Shown: in pieces, positions 57,283 through 64,000 of the stretch
Layout: each line of letters begins with the position of its first letter
Numbering within the stretch: the first letter of the stretch is position 1
Assembly: GCA_030425645.1 (NCBI GenBank)
Contig: JAUHZK010000004.1
Location: 61,100 to 125,099, forward strand
Length of the DNA: 64,000 nt
Direction: 5' to 3'
DNA from: Gammaproteobacteria bacterium
GTDB taxonomy: Bacteria > Pseudomonadota > Gammaproteobacteria > JAPPPA01
Notes under the pieces: generated by a model
What the model saw: the letters and a program-made list of their open reading frames with translations, nothing else
What the model was told of the DNA's origin: nothing
Databases searched by the model: none
Translations under genes and position numbers: made by a program

Positions 57283-57540
57283 TTAGGCGAGTTTTTCTAA
57301 TTTGTTATGGGCGCCATCACAGTAGGGCGGTGTGCGTGTGTGTTTGCAGTTGCACAGCCATTGGGTATAGCCGTTCTTTACTTGGAAAGCCAATGGCTGA
57401 ATGCCGCTGTCTTGGTGGTTGCCATCGCAGAATGGCTGCGTTTTCGACTGGCCACAGGCGCACCAAAGGTAGGTTTTACCGGGTTCCAGCTTTAGTGCTT
57501 CTGGTTCGGCGGCGTAGACGGTGGGTTTTAACTCAGCCAT
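57283..57540 (-). CDS. CDGSH iron-sulfur domain protein (two CDGSH motifs)
   Basis: CACGQSKTQPFCDGNH and CNCKHTRTPPYCDGAH. The ATG at 57540 overlaps the upstream TGA (ATGGCTGA). Confidence 0.8.
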   Translation of the reverse strand: MAELKPTVYAAEPEALKLEPGKTYLWCACGQSKTQPFCDGNHQDSGIQPLAFQVKNGYTQWLCNCKHTRTPPYCDGAHNKLEKLA

Positions 57541-58228
57541 TTTCAGTGGCACCTAAAATATTCTTGGTGGTGTTAGAGCGTACTACGTCTTGTAGTGCCG
57601 GCGCAGTACCAAGCAAGCGATCGCCGCTGCCCATAGACACTCCCCACCATTGATTTTCATTTTTGAAATGGTGCCAACGGTGTTCTTGCACTCGACGCCG
57701 ATAGTGTTTGAGCGGTGGGCACCAGTTGATATGGGCTAGGTAATGTACCCATTCGTAATGTAGCGCTAAGAGGAAATAGAGCGCTAAGTAAGTGGTTGCT
57801 ACGGTGGTGGGTAATAGCCAATAGGCGCCGCCAATTAGCAGAGGCGCTACCAAGGGCAGCACATGCAGTGGAATAAAGACCCAGTGCAAATTCCAAGGGT
57901 CGGCGTGGTGCCAGCGGTGCGTTTGCGGCAGTAGAAAATCCACCGTGCGGCCGAATATTTGGCGCGGTTTGTTATGTAGTAGGACGACGTGAATTAGCCA
58001 CTCCAGGACTGGCCAGATTGCTAGCAACGCTAGCGTTACGGCAGCATCGCGCCAGTCTAAAGCGCCTTGCTGTAGGCGTAGCACGGCAAAAACAATCGTT
58101 GCCACTAGCAAAATAATGGCGCTGGGGTGTTTAAAGAATTCGATCAGCGCGGCCTTGGCGGTGTCGGGGTTGTTGGCGGCTGTTTTGCCTGAGTGCTCTG
58201 GCAGAGGACGGGTTTGCAGGATAGCCAT
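57533..58228 (-). CDS. Fatty acid hydroxylase / sterol desaturase superfamily membrane di-iron protein
   Basis: His boxes HVVLLH, HRWHH, HYLAH and HRWHH, with a C-terminal N..WWGVS...GDRLLGT. Four TM helices. Confidence 0.7.
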   Translation of the reverse strand: MAILQTRPLPEHSGKTAANNPDTAKAALIEFFKHPSAIILLVATIVFAVLRLQQGALDWRDAAVTLALLAIWPVLEWLIHVVLLHNKPRQIFGRTVDFLLPQTHRWHHADPWNLHWVFIPLHVLPLVAPLLIGGAYWLLPTTVATTYLALYFLLALHYEWVHYLAHINWCPPLKHYRRRVQEHRWHHFKNENQWWGVSMGSGDRLLGTAPALQDVVRSNTTKNILGATENG

Positions 58229-58956
58229 TACTTAATCTCCGCTTGGCCGTAAGCATTAAGCACGGCGTTCATGGCGTTGGTGCCGTTTAGCAGGTATTCA
58301 GAAGCAAAATGCTGCGCTTGATCAGCGTCCTGCTCGGCAATGGCTTGGGTTAGCTTTTCGAGGTTGTCTAGGTCGCGTAATTCTGGCTCCAATACGCTCG
58401 CTAGCAGTGACCAAATTTTGTCGTAAGCCTTTTGCATCGAGTTAAACGCAAGCCGATAAGCAATATTGCCGCTGCCAGCCACCAGCTCGCGCCAATAGGC
58501 AAAAGCCAGCGTTTGTAGCTCTTTGGCGTCGTCCGTTTGTTGCATCTGGGTCAATAAGGATTGCATCTGCTGTAAATGTTTAGCCTTGCGCTTTTGCGCG
58601 CAAGCTTTGGCAATGTCGGGCGCCATGCTCTGACGCATGCTGACAATGCTACGGGCTACTTCTAGGCGCATTTTTCCCTCCGGGGTAATCATTAGTTGCG
58701 GCAGCAATTCAAGGCCGCCATGATCTAAGTAATCCAATACGGTGGTTTTGCCGCCGTGGCGTACATCAACTAGGCCGGCTTGTTGCAGGCGTTTGATAGC
58801 CTCGCGCACGGCGCCACGATTCACGCCTAGCAATTCGCATAGGCTGCGTTCACCGGGCAGGGTTTCGCCGGCGTCTAGTTCGCCATCGAGAATTTTGGCC
58901 GTTAGTTGGTCGAACACGGTGTCGGAAATAGATTGTTTTGCGATGTGTTGAAACAT
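58228..58956 (-). CDS. GntR family transcriptional regulator (FadR/FCD subfamily)
   Basis: Trimmed to MFQHIAKQSISDTVFDQL. The winged HTH region is LPGERSLCELLGVNRGAVREAIKRL. The TAA overlaps the downstream ATG (TAATG). Confidence 0.85.
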   Translation of the reverse strand: MFQHIAKQSISDTVFDQLTAKILDGELDAGETLPGERSLCELLGVNRGAVREAIKRLQQAGLVDVRHGGKTTVLDYLDHGGLELLPQLMITPEGKMRLEVARSIVSMRQSMAPDIAKACAQKRKAKHLQQMQSLLTQMQQTDDAKELQTLAFAYWRELVAGSGNIAYRLAFNSMQKAYDKIWSLLASVLEPELRDLDNLEKLTQAIAEQDADQAQHFASEYLLNGTNAMNAVLNAYGQAEIK

Positions 58957-58965
58957 ATTGGTCTT

Positions 58966-58978
58966 CTGGTATGACCAG
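58966..58978. promoter_or_regulatory. Putative GntR-type operator
   Basis: CTGGTATGACCAG is a perfect 5-3-5 palindrome 10 nt upstream of the gntR ATG and resembles the FadR half-site CTGGT. Confidence 0.5.
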
Positions 58979-59064
58979 TTGACTATAGCCGGTATTGGCG
59001 GCCACTGCAAAACAGGGCTATTTATCTAGCTGACGCCTACTTGGGTTAGCAGGGGTGCTGCGCT

Positions 59065-59448
59065 ATGCTGAGGCCTATGAAGACGCTTTTGATTATCCCG
59101 TTGTTGTTTGCCGTGGTTGGTTTTGCGGAGGCCCGTAATGTTTATCGCTGGGTAGCGCCTGATGGCACGGTGACCTTTGCTGATCGCCCGCTTTCGCAAG
59201 ACGCGGAGGTGTATGTGCCGCAGCAAAGAACGCCAGTAGAGGTTGCCGAGCAGGGTGACCCGGTGGAAGAACGCAAAAAGCGCAAATGTATTGAGGCGCG
59301 TGAGCGTTTAGAGCAGTACACCAGTCAGGCGGAGATACGGCGGGTAGATAAGGCCAGTGGCCGTATTGTGCGTTTGGAGCCCGAGGCGCGGGAAGCGTTG
59401 ATTGCCGAGGCGCGGCAGGATGCGCAGGTTTGGTGTGACGACGAATAG
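59065..59448 (+). CDS. DUF4124 domain protein
   Basis: Signal peptide followed by VYRWVAPDGTVTFADRP, which is typical of DUF4124. Confidence 0.75.
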   Translation: MLRPMKTLLIIPLLFAVVGFAEARNVYRWVAPDGTVTFADRPLSQDAEVYVPQQRTPVEVAEQGDPVEERKKRKCIEARERLEQYTSQAEIRRVDKASGRIVRLEPEAREALIAEARQDAQVWCDDE

Positions 59449-59466
59449 CACTAGCGTTTGCATTTG

Positions 59467-59706
59467 CTAGTGTTTGTTTCGGCCCTGGCAGCTTCTATCT
59501 GCTTTCGGTAGGTGTGTTGGTGCGGCCGAGTTACTTTTTTCCTTGGCGAAAAAAGTAACCAAAAAAGCCACCGCCAACCGCGCAGCCGCTTCGGGGTACC
59601 TTGCGCTTCTCGCGGATTTTGGCGGTCGCGGAAACTCGCTAACGCTCAAACAAGCCGCTCCCTCAATCCAAAATCCCCTGCGATGCTCAGCTGCGCAAAA
59701 GGGACC
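59467..59706 (+). repeat. ~240-bp interspersed repeat, subtype 2
   Basis: Aligns with the reverse complement of 52763-52997. Starts ctagtgtttgtttcggccct, like the subtype 1 copy at 52166. Confidence 0.85.
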
Positions 59707-59755
59707 TTTAGGGAAAGACCTCACGCTACCAATGCAGCTGGTTAGCAGTACCCTT

Positions 59756-59996
59756 GCCCTTCTATGCGGTCGAGCAACGGAGTCAGATCGAGATTAAGCC
59801 TGCGGCCTGTTTGAGCGTAGCGAGTTCCGCAGGCGCTCGATTTGGCGAGTAGCGCAGGGAACCCCGTAGGGGCCGCATGGTGGGATCGCCTTTCTTTTGG
59901 TGACTTTTCTTTGGCGACGCAAAGAAAAGTCACTCGGCCCGCACTAACAAACTTACCGAAAGCGTACAAAACCTTCTAAAGGCCGAAAACGACACC
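59756..59996 (-). repeat. ~241-bp interspersed repeat, subtype 1
   Basis: Its reverse complement is about 90% identical to 52220-52408. The outer ~50 bp are more diverged. Confidence 0.85.
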
Positions 59997-60004
59997 GGCG
60001 ATGT

Positions 60005-60871
60005 TTAACTCTCAAATGCGTCAATCAAAAACTGCGGCTGCGCAAACGCACCATTGTGAATGCCACGGTTGTAGTACTTCGTAGGCACATCACAATCCCG
60101 CTTGGCCTGCCAATCATTCTGCCCTTTGCAGGCGAAACTAGCACTCCACCAACCACTAGGATAGCTGGGTAGGAAAAACTGCTCAGTGATATCGCATTCA
60201 AAACCCACATCTCGCCAGGCTTGGCGGATGTCTTTAATCAGCTCTAAGTGCAGTAACGGTGATTCGCTTTGCTGCACGATAATGCCGCCGTCGCGGAGTA
60301 CGCGCAGGCATTCAGTGTAAAACGGACGGGTAAATAAGCCTTCGCCGGGGCCAACCGGGTCGGTGCTGTCGATAATAATGATGTCGGCGCTGGCATCGTC
60401 GGCCTCGGCCATCCATTTAATGCCGTCAATCCACATGAGTTTGGCGCGTGGGTCGTTATTGCTTTCGCAGAGTTCAGGAAAGTATTTTTCTGCGGCGATG
60501 GTGACCTCTTTGTCGATATCGATTTGCGTTGCCGATTCGACGCCGGGGTGTTTTAACACTTCACGCAGGGTGCCGCAGTCGCCGCCGCCAATAATGACAA
60601 CGTCTTTAGGGTTGGCGTGGCTGTATAACGCTGGATGCGACATCATTTCGTGATAAACGAAGTTGTCTTTGCTGGTAACCATGTAACAACCGTCAATTAG
60701 CATGACGTTGCCCCATTTGTCCGAGCGATAGACTTCGACCTTTTGGAACGGCGATTGCGCCTCGTGTAGCTTTTCAGCGCCAGCCAGCGCAAAGGCGCTG
60801 CCGGCAGGGTCCCAGGTTTCTATAATCCAATCGTTGGTATTGAGGTTGCGGTTGGGGCTAAGTTCAGTCAT
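60005..60871 (-). CDS. speE: Spermidine synthase (polyamine aminopropyltransferase)
   Basis: YHEMMSHP...VVIIGGGDCG...IIIDSTDPVGPGE motifs. Confidence 0.9.
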   Translation of the reverse strand: MTELSPNRNLNTNDWIIETWDPAGSAFALAGAEKLHEAQSPFQKVEVYRSDKWGNVMLIDGCYMVTSKDNFVYHEMMSHPALYSHANPKDVVIIGGGDCGTLREVLKHPGVESATQIDIDKEVTIAAEKYFPELCESNNDPRAKLMWIDGIKWMAEADDASADIIIIDSTDPVGPGEGLFTRPFYTECLRVLRDGGIIVQQSESPLLHLELIKDIRQAWRDVGFECDITEQFFLPSYPSGWWSASFACKGQNDWQAKRDCDVPTKYYNRGIHNGAFAQPQFLIDAFES

Positions 60872-60952
60872 TGCAGTCGGGCCAGAAGTTGAATTGGGTG
60901 CGATAATAGCCGCCTATTTTCGCATAGCGTTTAGTTTGAAAGCATTGTTGTT

Positions 60953-62713
60953 ATGAGTTATTCCGCCAGCCAGCTGTATCGCATCCCGCAGTGGGGTGAG
61001 GGTTATTTTTCTGAAACCAACGATGGTTTTATGCAGGTGCAACCGGCGGGCGCTGATGCGGCGGCGATTAATTTGCATGCCCTAACCGAAGACTTACGAC
61101 GCCAGGGTCTGCATGCGCCGGTGTTATTACGTTTTAACGACGTCTTACATCAACGTGTGAGGCGTTTACATGGCGCCTTTAGTGCGGCCCTAGGTTCTAG
61201 CGAAGCCTATTTGCCGGTTTATCCAATCAAGGTAAATCAGCAGGCTTCTATTGTTGAGCATTTGTTGCAATACCAGCAGCTCAACCCGCAGCAGCCAGTG
61301 GGTTTGGAGGCAGGTAGTAAAGCCGAGCTGTCGGCAGTGATTGGCGTCGCGCCGGTGGGCACGCGCGTGATCTGTAACGGTTATAAAGACCGTGAGTATA
61401 TGCAGCTAGCGCTGGCTGGTTTGGCAATTGGCTTGGACTTGACCATTGTGCTGGAGAAAGCCGACGAGCTGGATCTGGTATTGGAGCAGGCCGAAGAGTT
61501 GGGCATTGAGCCGCAGTTGGGTGTGCGGGTGCGCATGGCCTGCATGAATGGCGGCAAATGGCAGAACACCGGCGGTGCCAAGTCGAAGTTTGGGTTGTCG
61601 GCCTCGCAGTTGCTACCAATATTGGAACAGCTAAAAGCTGCAGATAAGCTGCATTGCCTGCAGTTATTGCACACGCATTTAGGGTCGCAAGTTTCGGATT
61701 TGGCCGATCTTGAAGATGGCTTGTCGGAGTTGCTGCAGTACTACGTACAATTGCAGCGTTTTGGTTGTGAGATTGCCGACCTCGACATTGGCGGTGGCTT
61801 GGCAGTGGATTACGAAGGTGGTGGCAGCGCCCACTACTATTCGATGAACTATGGCTTAGACGATTACGCGGGCTTGATTGCTCGGCTGATTGCGCAGCAC
61901 TGCCAAGAATACGAATTGCCACGGCCGCGTTTGATTACCGAGGCGGGCCGCGCTATGGCCGCACACCATGCGGTATTGGTGGTGGATGTCACCGGCTATG
62001 AACCAGACTCGGAAATGCAGCAGCTGAACGATGCGCAGAATACTAGCCAAACCTTGCAACGGGCGCTGCAAAACATCCATGACGAATTTGTAGCCGGAGC
62101 GATGGATTTAGCGCAACGGGCTGCAGCGGAAACGGCGGCGCGAGAAGCGTCACTGCAATGCCATGAGTCGGCGTCGGTAGACAAGTACTTTTGTAACTTC
62201 AGTGTCTTCCAGTCTTTGCCAGATGTATGGGCCATTAACCAAGTATTTCCGATTGTACCGCTGCAGCGCTTGGGCGAAGAGCCCACACGCCAAGGGGTAT
62301 TGGTGGACCTGTCTTGTGATTCGGACGGCCGAATTGACGATTACGCGGTGGAAGGTGAAGTGCGCCACTCCTTACCGCTACACCCCGTCAAAGCCGGTGA
62401 ACGATACTATTTGGGTATATTTTTGGTCGGCGCTTACCAAGAAATTTTGGGTGATATCCACAACCTGTTCGGCGACACCAATGCCGTTAATGTGTTGCTT
62501 GATGCCAACGCTGCCGATGGCTACCGCCTGCTGACACCTGAGCACGGTGATCGCGCCGATCAGTTGCTTGAGCAAGTGCATTTTGATGTTGACCGATTAC
62601 GTGCGGGCTACCGCAGTAAGGCTGCTAGCCATGTAGAGTCTGCCAAGCAACGCCAGCGTTTGCTGCATATTTTGGAAAGCGGTTTAAGCGGCTACACCTA
62701 TTTAGAGGAATAA
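60953..62713 (+). CDS. speA: Biosynthetic arginine decarboxylase
   Basis: YRIPQWGEGYFSETNDGFMQVQP N-terminus, YPIKVNQ PLP-lysine motif, DIGGGL. Confidence 0.88.
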   Translation: MSYSASQLYRIPQWGEGYFSETNDGFMQVQPAGADAAAINLHALTEDLRRQGLHAPVLLRFNDVLHQRVRRLHGAFSAALGSSEAYLPVYPIKVNQQASIVEHLLQYQQLNPQQPVGLEAGSKAELSAVIGVAPVGTRVICNGYKDREYMQLALAGLAIGLDLTIVLEKADELDLVLEQAEELGIEPQLGVRVRMACMNGGKWQNTGGAKSKFGLSASQLLPILEQLKAADKLHCLQLLHTHLGSQVSDLADLEDGLSELLQYYVQLQRFGCEIADLDIGGGLAVDYEGGGSAHYYSMNYGLDDYAGLIARLIAQHCQEYELPRPRLITEAGRAMAAHHAVLVVDVTGYEPDSEMQQLNDAQNTSQTLQRALQNIHDEFVAGAMDLAQRAAAETAAREASLQCHESASVDKYFCNFSVFQSLPDVWAINQVFPIVPLQRLGEEPTRQGVLVDLSCDSDGRIDDYAVEGEVRHSLPLHPVKAGERYYLGIFLVGAYQEILGDIHNLFGDTNAVNVLLDANAADGYRLLTPEHGDRADQLLEQVHFDVDRLRAGYRSKAASHVESAKQRQRLLHILESGLSGYTYLEE

Positions 62714-62716
62714 CAG

Positions 62717-63589
62717 ATGGCACGCGTCACGGTATTAGGCTTGGGCGCAATGGGCGCCGGTATGGCGGCGAATTTGCAGCGCGCGGGTTTGTTGCACCGA
62801 GTATGGAATCGTGGCTCTGAGCGAGCGGAAGTCTTTGCAAAGACAAATGGCGTGGCCGCGGCAGTATCGGTGGCTGAGGCTGTAACTGACGCTGACGTAG
62901 TGATTAGCTGTGTTTCAGCCGACAGCGATGTGCTGGCAGTCGTAGACGCCGCTGCGCCGGCCTTAAAAGCCGGTAGCTTGTGGCTTGATTGTTCAACTAT
63001 CGCGGCCGATAGCGCTCGTAAGCTAGCTGCGTACTTATCTAGTCTTGGGGTGGCGTTTATAGATGCGCCCGTATCTGGCGGTAAGGAAGGTGCGGCTAAT
63101 GGCAGCCTATCCATTATGTGTGGTGGTGAGCATGGTGATTTTGATCGCGCGCAGCCAGTATTTGCCGCTATCGGCTCGCGTTGGCAATTAATGGGAGCTG
63201 TCGGCGCGGGCCAAGCCACCAAAGCGGTGAATCAAATTATGGCGGCCGGAATGAATCAGGCCGTTACTGAAGCAATGGCATTTGCCGAGGCCCAAGGTCT
63301 GCCAATAGCAAAGGTGGTGGACGTGGTCGGCGCCGGTGCCGCCGGTAACTGGTTTGTTCAGCACCGTGGTGTAACGATGGTTGAGCGTGTATTTGAACCA
63401 GGCTTTAGGGTTGCTCTGCATCACAAGGATTTAAAAATTTGTGAGCAAATGGCCAGCGACTGCGCTGCGCCCACAGTCACTATTCAACGAACCTTGGCTG
63501 ACTATCAGCAGCTAATGGATAACGGCCGTGGCGACGAGGATATTTCGGCTTTGTATCGTCTTAAGTCGTCCGCTGATAATTCGGACTGA
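62717..63589 (+). CDS. NAD(P)-dependent oxidoreductase, 3-hydroxyisobutyrate dehydrogenase family
   Basis: VLGLGAMGAGMA Rossmann motif, DAPVSGG, and the K of the GQATKAVNQ catalytic region. Confidence 0.85.
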   Translation: MARVTVLGLGAMGAGMAANLQRAGLLHRVWNRGSERAEVFAKTNGVAAAVSVAEAVTDADVVISCVSADSDVLAVVDAAAPALKAGSLWLDCSTIAADSARKLAAYLSSLGVAFIDAPVSGGKEGAANGSLSIMCGGEHGDFDRAQPVFAAIGSRWQLMGAVGAGQATKAVNQIMAAGMNQAVTEAMAFAEAQGLPIAKVVDVVGAGAAGNWFVQHRGVTMVERVFEPGFRVALHHKDLKICEQMASDCAAPTVTIQRTLADYQQLMDNGRGDEDISALYRLKSSADNSD

Positions 63590-63680
63590 ATTTACTCCTA
63601 AGCGGCTGGCTTAAGCTGCGGTTTCTCGGCTGGTATATGATTAGGCGATCTACAGCGAGCAATGGATAAGGCCACAGAGC

Positions 63681-64000
63681 ATGACGGACGTAACGACTGA
63701 TAGCTTAATTGAGTCGCTATACGCCAATTCGTTAACCGTGCCGGCGGCGGAGTACAGGGATTGGGCGTTGCAACATTTGCGTGCTTGGTTGCCGTTTGAT
63801 GCGGCTCAGTGGCGGCGGATTAACAGCCCCGCACAACGTGTCTTTGGCGTCAGCTACAGCGGCTTGCCGCCGTCGTTCTCGTCGGCGTTTGATCGTGTTC
63901 GACACGTTGACCCGGTGTATCAAAAGCTTGACCGCGGTGAGGCGGCGGCGGTGGCGTCTAGCGAATTTGATGGCTTGGAGTTTAATCCCGCCTGGGCCCG
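63681..64000 (+). CDS. Hypothetical protein, 5' partial (runs off the window)
   Basis: ATG at 63681 followed by 106 sense codons to the window end (MTDVTTDSLIESLYANS...). Absent from the ORF track because it has no stop. Function unknown. Confidence 0.45.
   Translation, partial: MTDVTTDSLIESLYANSLTVPAAEYRDWALQHLRAWLPFDAAQWRRINSPAQRVFGVSYSGLPPSFSSAFDRVRHVDPVYQKLDRGEAAAVASSEFDGLEFNPAWA

Noticed and set aside
59467-59969. Track ORFs 59467..59724, 59474..59797, 59512..59745 and 59742..59969
   Set aside because: As at the first locus, these are open frames across repeat copies and not genes.
61281-63222. 213-aa (61281..61922) and 174-aa (62698..63222) minus-strand ORFs
   Set aside because: They are antisense to speA and to the HIBADH-family gene. 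Their Ala/Arg/Pro/Ser-rich composition is typical of GC-rich shadow frames.

Overview
This is a 64-kb chromosomal segment that looks gammaproteobacterial, with marine-type gene content and roughly mid-50s % GC judged by eye. I support about 75 protein-coding genes. I found no rRNA, tRNA, CRISPR array, transposase or integrase. Most genes are housekeeping or envelope functions: fetAB, bfd-bfr, dinB, mltB-like, acnD/prpF, an LPS/LOS glycosyltransferase operon, two tandem YihG-like acyltransferases, bolA, trhO, a six-gene MoxR/Bat operon, gap, pyrF, a yejBEF-like ABC importer, hemF, selO, ubiK, glnK-amtB plus a second PII gene, and speE/speA. What the genes do not explain is the non-genic structure. 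Three unrelated interspersed repeat families are present. (1) A ~240-265-bp repeat occurs in two diverged subtypes, always as a convergent subtype-1/subtype-2 pair (52166-52997 and 59467-59996). One pair encloses a ~350-bp AT-rich insert. Two internal hairpins are kept by compensatory substitutions. (2) A ~75-bp hairpin element has GGGGACAGACCCC termini; one bare copy lies in frame inside an ABC ATPase linker. (3) A 103-bp REP-like element shares its arm and adjacent sequence with the 5' leader of a small GIY-YIG nuclease gene, which sits in a 2.3-kb insertion splitting acnD from prpF. Other candidates are an AT-rich orphan two-gene module (1809-2883), a GlyGly-CTERM trypsin-like protease coupled to a lipoprotein, and a gntR / di-iron hydroxylase / CDGSH operon. 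All family calls come from motif recognition by eye; no searches were run.
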